Positions 8,526 through 16,117 of a stretch of DNA of 32,000 bases are shown here, one piece after another. The notes beneath the pieces are model-generated. The model searched no databases and had not been told where the DNA came from. It was given only the letters and a program-made list of their open reading frames with translations. How positions within the stretch are numbered: position 1 is the stretch's first letter; each line of letters begins with the position of its first letter. The stretch is from an archaeon (GTDB lineage: Archaea; Asgardarchaeota; Thorarchaeia; Thorarchaeales; Thorarchaeaceae), in NCBI GenBank assembly GCA_024275415.1, contig JAJRZD010000050.1:25433-57432 (forward strand), written 5' to 3'. A program made the translations under genes and the position numbers.

Positions 8526-10516
8526 GTCTTCTTTTTTGGCCTTGTTTTCTTTCTAGGTTTCTTCTTGGGAGTTTCTTTTGGTTGCCGTTTTTGAACCGTT
8601 TTCGGCTCTCCAGAATCCGGCTTTTTCCCTTTCAGTAGATCAAGCTCTTTCGAAAGAGTTTCGATCCTGCGCTTCATCTTGAACTGTTTTGCCGCATCTA
8701 GTGCTTGCTCTGTTGCATTGATTAGCAGTAGAGTTTCACGTTCTTTCTCTCTACTGTCCTGAATAGCGCTAAGTTCTTTTTTCCGTTTGGCAAGCACACT
8801 CAGAAGCCCTTTGATTGCCTCAGATGCCTCAGCCTTTGTAAGAGTTATCTCCTCAGGTTCTTCCTTTGCAATGCTGAGGATTCTATTTATCTGGTCATTA
8901 AGACTGATAAACTCATTAAGCGAGGACGAGAGTATCTCAATAACCTCCTCATCCCCCTGTGCATCGCTCACTGCTTGTTGCAACGTTTCGATGGCTCCTG
9001 ACAGGAACTCAGCCCGCTCGTCAAGAGATGACCTTTTCCGTTCCAGCCATCGCCATTCGCTAGAAATCTTCTGGGACAGGGTTCTTGCATCGTTGATTTT
9101 CTCTTGGTACTCGTCATACTTTCTCTTTGCTTCTTTCCATTCAGCTTCTAGCACATCAGTCGCGTGTGTGAGCTGATAGCTTAAGATGTGTCCAGCTTGG
9201 GCTTCAGTCAAGACCCTGCTTTCCTTAATGGCACGTATTGTTTCGACCCATATCCTCTCAAGTTCCTCTTCGTCCTTTGTGGATCTGCCGCTTTCATCGA
9301 ACTCTTCGGATATTCCTTTGATGACTTTGGTAAGGTCTTGGATTTCAGATATCTTTGCTCGGAGTAGCGAATGACCCAGTCTATCGCTCAGCTCGTTTGT
9401 AAGTTTCTCTCGCTCATTGGGGACTTCGAGAAGTGCATGAGTATTGTCAATTAGGATTTGGAGTGCCTGTTCATATTCTGCAACAGCCTCGTGGAACTTA
9501 GACTCCCTGATTAGTGTGTCCCCTCTCTTCTGTAACTCCAATACTCCCTCAAGCACATCATAGGGAGATGTCCTTAGGATACGGGTTCCGAACCCCACAC
9601 TATCTTCAGAGAAGAAGTCTAATGCCTGCTGTCCCCATAACATCGAAAGCACAAGGATTTTGTTTGGGGTCGCCAAGAAGATGTATTGGCCATATGCACG
9701 TACATGGTGTATTTTCGTCCCAGCAATCTTTGCAGAACCCAATAACACTCCTTTATTGATGTCCCATACCGAAACAATGGATGTGTTTGATGAAGCAATG
9801 AGGTACAGGTCGTTTGCCCACAATGAGCTGATGCTCCCATTGCCCGCCTGATTCAGGGTCTTATCTAGAGACCAATCCACTCTGTTCCAGAGCTTGATGC
9901 TTGCAGTAGTCACTCCTGTTATGATGAAGTTCGTATTGCCGACCAGTAATGCGCCCTTGTCTTTCTTATCCAGACGTTTAAGCTCGGTGGGAGCTCCTTC
10001 GCTTTCAAGCTTCCAGATAATAGGCTCGTCTTTGCTAGTGGAAGTGCAGATGATTTCACCATCACCCCATATACTGACGATATCCGCCTTGAAGAGCTGC
10101 CAGCTTGAAGTGTCATGGGAATCTTTCTTGATTGAAACGAGACGTCCTTCCTTGGCTCCCACGTAGAGGGAGTCGCCTCTCAGAGTGGAGGTCGCGGCTG
10201 TGTAGCTAAGTTCGAACCAGCCAATCATACCCCATGTATTTTTGTTCCAGACGTAGACTCTTTTCTCACATGTGGCATAGACCTGATTCTCATCAACATG
10301 GACTGCGAGAGGAGGTGAACTAGTTTCGCCTAGCTCTGCGACCAATTGCCAGTCACTGCGAGACCAGACTCTTACTTTAAGGTCAGTGCATGCAGCATAG
10401 ACATACTGTTCGTCTACGTTCAGATAGACTGCATCCCCCTCAAGCTCAGAAACGATTGTATGGTGAAATCGCAATGAGGATGCAGTACCCCCTGCGGATT
10501 TGGACATGGTATTCAT
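8522..10516 (-). CDS. WD40 beta-propeller + TPR-like helix pair + long helical/coiled-coil region + Lys-rich tail
   Basis: Seven WD40-like blades in the first ~295 aa (ending VRVWS, VYVWN, LVSIK, IIWK, IKLWN, VSVWD, ILVLS). These are followed by RGDTLIRESKFHEAVAEYEQALQIL, an E/K/L-rich helical region and the tail PKKKPRKKTRPKKKT. Start is ATG 10516 or 10507. Confidence 0.88.
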   Translation of the reverse strand: MNTMSKSAGGTASSLRFHHTIVSELEGDAVYLNVDEQYVYAACTDLKVRVWSRSDWQLVAELGETSSPPLAVHVDENQVYATCEKRVYVWNKNTWGMIGWFELSYTAATSTLRGDSLYVGAKEGRLVSIKKDSHDTSSWQLFKADIVSIWGDGEIICTSTSKDEPIIWKLESEGAPTELKRLDKKDKGALLVGNTNFIITGVTTASIKLWNRVDWSLDKTLNQAGNGSISSLWANDLYLIASSNTSIVSVWDINKGVLLGSAKIAGTKIHHVRAYGQYIFLATPNKILVLSMLWGQQALDFFSEDSVGFGTRILRTSPYDVLEGVLELQKRGDTLIRESKFHEAVAEYEQALQILIDNTHALLEVPNEREKLTNELSDRLGHSLLRAKISEIQDLTKVIKGISEEFDESGRSTKDEEELERIWVETIRAIKESRVLTEAQAGHILSYQLTHATDVLEAEWKEAKRKYDEYQEKINDARTLSQKISSEWRWLERKRSSLDERAEFLSGAIETLQQAVSDAQGDEEVIEILSSSLNEFISLNDQINRILSIAKEEPEEITLTKAEASEAIKGLLSVLAKRKKELSAIQDSREKERETLLLINATEQALDAAKQFKMKRRIETLSKELDLLKGKKPDSGEPKTVQKRQPKETPKKKPRKKTRPKKKT

Positions 10517-10538
10517 TCTCTATATCGGTGCGACCGCT

Positions 10539-10544
10539 ATTAAG
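10539..10544 (-). promoter_or_regulatory. Putative TATA box (TTAATA) for the WD40 gene
   Basis: Minus-strand TTAATA lies ~23 nt before ATG 10516 with no SD motif, consistent with an archaeal leaderless transcript. Confidence 0.4.
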
Positions 10545-10864
10545 TAAGTCTAGTTCCACAAAAGATTGTTTAAGACTTTGCTCATCAAGGAGGTTCTGTG
10601 GAAAAAGTACACAAGTCCCCACTTATCAGATGAGAATAGCTCGCCGTTCCAATTTTAGACGACCCAAAAGTGACAAGACCGCATGTTAATCCTACAATTC
10701 TCTTCTGTGTCATTCGAATCTTACTGGAGCCTATCAGAGAACAAGCTCGATTGCTAAAGGAATTTAAGCGATCTTGAGCGACCTACAAAAAAATAAGGGA
10801 GTAGACACAGAACACACTTAAGACATTCACCCCTTCATTTATCGTTAATACCGGAGGTAGATTA

Positions 10865-13552
10865 TTGGATAGCAACAAGTGGAGACGTGAGCTTGACCGA
10901 CTCTCTGAAATGAAAGGAATGCTTGTTTCGCTAAATCCGAGCCTTGAGGAGCAAACGAGCCACCAAGTTCGCCAACTGTATGATGTATTCGCGAATCTGA
11001 CGAAGACCGAAAACGAACTGGGTACTGCTGGATTCATGGCCAAGCGGAAGCTCCAGAGTCAGCTGGAGAGGGTCAACAGCGATCTTGAAGACCTGTTTAT
11101 GCGGATAGTGCGAGACTTTGCAGAGTACTTCCGAAAAGAGCATAGGGACATAATGGGACTGATGCCTCAGCTTCAGGAAATGAAACCAGCGAAAGCAAAG
11201 ACCATCTCATCTGTAAGATTTCCTTCAGTTGGGGCTGGTGATTTTGCTGATTTCGAGAGGCTGTACGAATTTGGCAACAGCTTCTCCAACAAATGCATCG
11301 ACCTAAAGAACGAACTGTCGCGTGAGGTGAAAGACCTTCTTGATGAGAATCGCAGGACTGTCGAGACCTTTGAGCGACATATCACAATTGACAGAGGCGA
11401 GGTGGCAACGACCCTTTCCAATGAGGACACTCACGGGCTTTCAGTGTCTGATCTGATAACCATGAACAACCGGTTGAAGTCAGAGCAGGTCTACCTCGAT
11501 GGTAGGAGAGGCGAAGTCGGGAGGATGCTTGGTGTTTCGCTGATCAGTGACATAGAGTCAGTACAGGCTTGGATTGAAACTGCCGTCCGGTTAGGATTAG
11601 AACTACCAATGGACTTCTCACAGAAGCTTAGGATTCTTGCCCGAGAGGCTTCCACGGCAGACAACCTGACGACATTGATTTCTCTTGAAAGCCAGATGCA
11701 TGCATCGCGCCTCCAACTAGCGAACATGCTGAAGGATAGAATCATCAACATGAAGCATGAGGTGACGACCAAATTCGTTGAGGCCGGGATACCGACAACT
11801 TCAGACATCATTCCACAAGCCCCCTCCATGGTCGTTGAGAACCAGGAGGTTCCAAGTCTTCTGTCTGCCTATCAGAAGATGGTCGAATGGGAGGGACAGA
11901 TCAAGCTAGCTCTCAAGAATAAGATAGAGGAGCTTCTTGACGACATCGATAAAGCGGCTGATTCGCCAAAAGACACAGGGATCACTGATGTGGTGGCTGT
12001 GCGCGAATTCGTTGCTGAAGCAAATAAGAAGATGAAGAAGGGCGAGCTTGATGACATGGTAGTGATCTATCAAAAAGCATCAACGATGGTCGAGGAGTAC
12101 AAAAAGAATGTGAAGGATCTTATCAAAGGATACCTCGTTCGCTTCAACGAGCTTGCGAGCTCTGCGGATCGCGTACTAGATTATGCCCAGCTCAGCAAGA
12201 AAGCACCGAAGGTCGAGGAACTACAAGGAGGCATCGTGTTCCATCTTAAGTCACTTGAGAATCTGCGAACCGCAGTGGAAAGTGGAGTGGCAACTTTCAG
12301 AGATGCCTGCAAACAGGAGATTGATGCGATCATACAAGACCTACAGACCATCAAGCCTGCATATGCCGAGATATTCATGCCCATCATCACAGAACTTGAT
12401 GAGGGTGAAACAAGGATTTCAAAATTGAACGAGTTCGCAGAGATCCGTTCTGAGATGCGAACGATAAAAGAAACCATTCTGGCCAAGTCGAAAGAGGCTA
12501 TTGAGAATCTAAGGTATCGTTTGGGCGTCAAGATCCGGCTTGCAGCTGCAAAGCTCATGGGTGCTGGAGTCGAGATCCCGAAAGAAGTACAGGAAGCCAT
12601 TAGCGAACTGAATAGCATCGGTGTTGCAGCAGACACGGTATTCAGCCTTCCACAGTTGGCAAGGAAAATGGTCGAACTCTATGAGAAGAAAATCACAGGC
12701 AATGTGGTGAAGTCACTGAAAGCGGAGGCAACCGAGCTTCGTGCCTCGTTCGACAAGGCTGCATCCATTGGGGTTCCACTAGATAATGAGCTGGCGATTC
12801 TGAATAGTATAATCAACAACCCACCAACCGAGTTGGAGGACACAGCGGATGCATTCGATAGGCTGGCAGGACTGACGACTTCTAAGGACATCCAGAAACG
12901 GGTGCGTGACAGGGGAAATGAAGCCTATCGACAGATCAATGGTGCTATCTCCATTTTTGAGGAACAAGGGATGCCCGATTTCGTCGTGAGGTTGAAATCA
13001 TTGCTCGAACAGGTTCCTGAAAGGATGCAGGCAGAGTCCAAGTTCATTACTGAGCCTTTGGAGGTCTGTCTAACACTAGCCAACGTGCAGGAAGAGATGC
13101 TTGGCGTGATGAAAAGCATTGCAGCCAAGGATAAGGAATCCTATGAGAAGGAAATACGCGAAAGAAGCAACTACTACTCGACCATCGAGCGAGTATATGA
13201 GAAGCACCCTGCTGACTTTAGTAGGTTGATATATCCCCTTGATAAAATGAAAGAGTTGGAAATGAACCTCCAGAATGCCGAGCAACTAGACAAGGCATTG
13301 GAATACTTCAACGAACTAAAGAGGATGCGAACCGAGTGGGTCGAGAAGGCGGAGAAGATGGATGACTGGCACAAGTCGATGAAGATGTTCTTGACTGGCT
13401 TTAGTCCCACCGCTAGTATCGATGAACGCGAGAAGTTCCTTGATGATGCGATCAGGAAAATCAAAGACACCTACAGTAGAGAGGACATAAGCTCTTATTT
13501 GACATGGGCGATAAAAGAGATAGCTCTCACAATGGTCGGAAAGCGAGGTTAA
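10865..13552 (+). CDS. Large all-alpha-helical repeat/rod protein (895 aa), function unknown
   Basis: TTG start with GGAGGT (10853-10858) 6 nt upstream. Amphipathic helices throughout with no TM or signal peptide. G-[LIVM]-x turn motifs at residues 244, 308, 372, 568, 636 and 702. Confidence 0.9.
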   Translation: MDSNKWRRELDRLSEMKGMLVSLNPSLEEQTSHQVRQLYDVFANLTKTENELGTAGFMAKRKLQSQLERVNSDLEDLFMRIVRDFAEYFRKEHRDIMGLMPQLQEMKPAKAKTISSVRFPSVGAGDFADFERLYEFGNSFSNKCIDLKNELSREVKDLLDENRRTVETFERHITIDRGEVATTLSNEDTHGLSVSDLITMNNRLKSEQVYLDGRRGEVGRMLGVSLISDIESVQAWIETAVRLGLELPMDFSQKLRILAREASTADNLTTLISLESQMHASRLQLANMLKDRIINMKHEVTTKFVEAGIPTTSDIIPQAPSMVVENQEVPSLLSAYQKMVEWEGQIKLALKNKIEELLDDIDKAADSPKDTGITDVVAVREFVAEANKKMKKGELDDMVVIYQKASTMVEEYKKNVKDLIKGYLVRFNELASSADRVLDYAQLSKKAPKVEELQGGIVFHLKSLENLRTAVESGVATFRDACKQEIDAIIQDLQTIKPAYAEIFMPIITELDEGETRISKLNEFAEIRSEMRTIKETILAKSKEAIENLRYRLGVKIRLAAAKLMGAGVEIPKEVQEAISELNSIGVAADTVFSLPQLARKMVELYEKKITGNVVKSLKAEATELRASFDKAASIGVPLDNELAILNSIINNPPTELEDTADAFDRLAGLTTSKDIQKRVRDRGNEAYRQINGAISIFEEQGMPDFVVRLKSLLEQVPERMQAESKFITEPLEVCLTLANVQEEMLGVMKSIAAKDKESYEKEIRERSNYYSTIERVYEKHPADFSRLIYPLDKMKELEMNLQNAEQLDKALEYFNELKRMRTEWVEKAEKMDDWHKSMKMFLTGFSPTASIDEREKFLDDAIRKIKDTYSREDISSYLTWAIKEIALTMVGKRG

Positions 13553-13557
13553 ATCAA

Positions 13558-14952
13558 ATGGTAACAGGTTCCCCTAGAATCGGAGAAGATGAAACGAAGG
13601 CAGCAGAAGTCTTTGCGATTGGTATCGGCGAGTGTGGCTCTAACATCGTGGGCTCTTATCTCAAAGCAAGCAAGGATAGGAAACTGCCCTCCCGAGTCAG
13701 AGGCTACTTACTCATGAACACAGATCGTGCTGACCTTACAAAAGTGCGGTCTAAATATGAGATACCGAAAGAACACACCATGCTCTACGGAGCAAGCGAG
13801 ATTGGTGTGGGTGGTCGTTTCATGGACGGCTATAATGCAATCCTTGAATCGAAAGACATCATCTTTGATCAGCTTGGAGACCTCGGATTCGAAGGTGTGT
13901 CAGGTTTCTGTATCTTCACTAGCTTAGGCGGTGGTACTGGCTGCGGAGGCACTCCAGCCATCATCGAGCTATTAAAACAGCGTTTCCAAGAAGAGGAGGG
14001 TCGCAGGATATTTGTCTATGTGATAGGCATCCTTCCCTTCGAAGGACAGTCAAGTGAAGCTCTCAATAGCATCTGGGCTGTTTCAAGACTGCTCCGAGCG
14101 CAGTTACAAGAACGCGGTGCAGACCTGACAATTCTCCTGAGCAATAGGACAATGCTGAAACGTATTCTCAATTCCCGACGAGCGGACAGCGTGGATTATC
14201 TTCAGCGCGAACTTGAGGTCGATATCGCTGATATCAATCAGATCGAGAAAATGGTTCCCTCAACGCTTGATGAAGGAGGCGAACTCGAAGCAAGGACTGA
14301 GCAGGCATTTGTCGAGCTGGTCAATCCACTTGCGCTAGACGTTGTGGAAGCTATGCTCTCGCCAGGCGTCTATGAGCCGAACAAGGATGTGTTTCCAACC
14401 ACTGACCTTGCAGATTATGCTCGAAAGCTCGATCCGGTCGTCGTCCCGGCACTGTACCAAGATGTCGGACTTATTCCGGATGCTGGGAGTATGCCTCGTC
14501 AGCTGAGGACAATGATTGACTATGCGATACGAGAATGCAGTTATGCCGACATCGGTGATGAGCCAAATGCGGAATCTGTTTACTACGTGTTCTCTGGTCC
14601 CAGACATGTCAGCAAGGCCGAGTACGGTATGCACCTAAAAGAAGCACTGGACAAGTTCATTGCTCCTGGCGCAGCCATCACTCCCTGCTATGTGCAGCGT
14701 TTCACCAAGGACGCGTCTACAGACCTGCTTCTTTTGCTAGGATTGCCCAAGATTCCTGAACTCGTTCAGATTATCAATGAGGCGACACAGCTCGTGAATC
14801 TGCACAGTGGTGCATCTCCACTCAAGCAGAGCTGGTTCATGCGCTCGAAAGGTGTCCAGAGAAAGGAGCTTGTTGATGCAATCGCTGACTTCAGAGAACT
14901 GTTCAGCTATTACATGACACCAGGAACAGGAGATATGTCACAGGGCGTGTAA
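13558..14952 (+). CDS. Divergent tubulin/FtsZ-superfamily GTPase (tubulin/CetZ-like, 464 aa)
   Basis: T1 loop GIGECGSNI; T2 MNTDRADL; T3 GVGGRFMDG; signature T4 SGFCIFTSLGGGTGCGG; ILPF...LNS; LLSN; T7 TTDLADY. ATG 13558 is 5 nt after the upstream stop with GAGGT SD, preferred over the track's 13504. Confidence 0.93.
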   Translation: MVTGSPRIGEDETKAAEVFAIGIGECGSNIVGSYLKASKDRKLPSRVRGYLLMNTDRADLTKVRSKYEIPKEHTMLYGASEIGVGGRFMDGYNAILESKDIIFDQLGDLGFEGVSGFCIFTSLGGGTGCGGTPAIIELLKQRFQEEEGRRIFVYVIGILPFEGQSSEALNSIWAVSRLLRAQLQERGADLTILLSNRTMLKRILNSRRADSVDYLQRELEVDIADINQIEKMVPSTLDEGGELEARTEQAFVELVNPLALDVVEAMLSPGVYEPNKDVFPTTDLADYARKLDPVVVPALYQDVGLIPDAGSMPRQLRTMIDYAIRECSYADIGDEPNAESVYYVFSGPRHVSKAEYGMHLKEALDKFIAPGAAITPCYVQRFTKDASTDLLLLLGLPKIPELVQIINEATQLVNLHSGASPLKQSWFMRSKGVQRKELVDAIADFRELFSYYMTPGTGDMSQGV

Positions 14953-14956
14953 AACC

Positions 14957-16021
14957 GTGTCCGATACATTCAAGGTAGAAGATCTCATCGATAGACTTCT
15001 TCTAGTGATAACCCTCAATTCGACTCTCGTTCATTTCCTGATAAGCTCCCAGATAGAGGGGTATGTTGATCCCGATAGGGTCGATTCCCTGACACAGGGG
15101 CTTATCAAAACAAGGTCGTGGATTGAGGAAGCAACGACTGCAGATGATATCCCCGCTTCGACATCCAATATTCTCAGTCTCATCGTGAAGCGGCTGACAC
15201 AGATTGAGAGCATCCTTCCCAAACTCTCCGAGCGAGCAAAGCAGGCTGAAAAAAGCCAGACTCCCGCGGCCGAGATTCTTTCTCTCTTGGATGGTAGCAC
15301 ACCATCATCAGCTACAAGTCAAGCATCCGCACCATCTGAACGAAGAGAAGACGCCACGATAGTACCATTGGTTTCAGGACAGCCAGAAGTACCTCAGGAG
15401 CCATTCAAAAGAGTTGATGTTGAGAATGACGAGTGGGGCATCATCGGTCAAACACAGATGCTCATCCAGCAATACAGTAAACGTTGCCATGTACTCCTTC
15501 CGACTTTCTGGTTGGAAGCCATGCGTGAGCTCCACAAGTACCAATCACAATCCCAGTATCTGGGAGATGTGATCGAGATACCTGCACGAGTTCTTGCCAA
15601 GATAATCAAAGGACTTCTGACAGAGGCTCCAGGTGCAAGACTGCTTCAGGATTTATTCAAGAAACGTCAACAGGAGAACTATCTTGACCCGTCCGAATCC
15701 GAGAGGATCAATAGGGCAGTTGCCAAGTATTTCCAGGGTCTTGAAGGGGTTCTCACAGACAACCTGCCTAATCCATCGGACAAGATTGCGGAGGCACAGA
15801 ATGCCTTTGATGGCTTTGGCTGGGGCGGTCCTGAGCTCGAGAAGAGGCTGATAAAACGAATCAATCAGCAATGTGAAGAAGCGATGCAGAACGCAGAGGC
15901 AACAACCGATGCAGCAAGAGCTGCCGTCTATGCCGAAACAACCAAGCTGTTATGCAAGCTGCAACATGCAATCCTTGCTGAACCTCGACTCAGGGAAATC
16001 CTTGCCGAGATGAAACCATAA
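14957..16021 (+). CDS. Hypothetical two-domain helical protein with S/A/P-rich linker; third gene of the tubulin-like operon
   Basis: GTG start 4 nt after the GTPase stop; 354-aa ORF; low-complexity segment GSTPSSATSQASAPSE...PEVPQEP between two helical regions. Confidence 0.82.
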   Translation: MSDTFKVEDLIDRLLLVITLNSTLVHFLISSQIEGYVDPDRVDSLTQGLIKTRSWIEEATTADDIPASTSNILSLIVKRLTQIESILPKLSERAKQAEKSQTPAAEILSLLDGSTPSSATSQASAPSERREDATIVPLVSGQPEVPQEPFKRVDVENDEWGIIGQTQMLIQQYSKRCHVLLPTFWLEAMRELHKYQSQSQYLGDVIEIPARVLAKIIKGLLTEAPGARLLQDLFKKRQQENYLDPSESERINRAVAKYFQGLEGVLTDNLPNPSDKIAEAQNAFDGFGWGGPELEKRLIKRINQQCEEAMQNAEATTDAARAAVYAETTKLLCKLQHAILAEPRLREILAEMKP

Positions 16022-16022
16022 G

Positions 16023-16046
16023 TGGATACGTGCAAAATGGTATCCA
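16023..16046. promoter_or_regulatory. 7-bp inverted repeat (terminator or operator) between the tubulin-like operon and acdA
   Basis: TGGATAC-N10-GTATCCA directly after the stop codon; TATAAG TATA-like element at ~16068. Confidence 0.35.
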
Positions 16047-16117
16047 ACTCTATGGATGCGTATCTCATATAAGGGATGACTCTCATTCACGAACTTAGAA
16101 AAGAACGAGGGTAACCG

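Noticed and set aside
10554-10633. TTCCACA...TGTGGAA inverted repeat and an AAGGAGGT followed by a GTG-started 11-codon mini-ORF in the divergent promoter region
   Set aside because: The repeat arms are 36 nt apart with no further pairing. The SD-GTG spacing is only 3 nt versus 6-8 nt for real genes here. Chance occurrence is plausible.
13504-13557. 18-aa N-terminal extension of the tubulin-like protein given by the ORF track
   Set aside because: It overlaps the upstream gene by 49 nt. ATG 13558 has an SD motif and a 5-nt gap, fitting operon spacing.
13558-14952. Calling the GTPase ftsZ, cetZ or tubulin by gene symbol
   Set aside because: The motifs are mixed, there is no FtsZ C-terminal peptide or division-gene context, and family placement needs a phylogeny.
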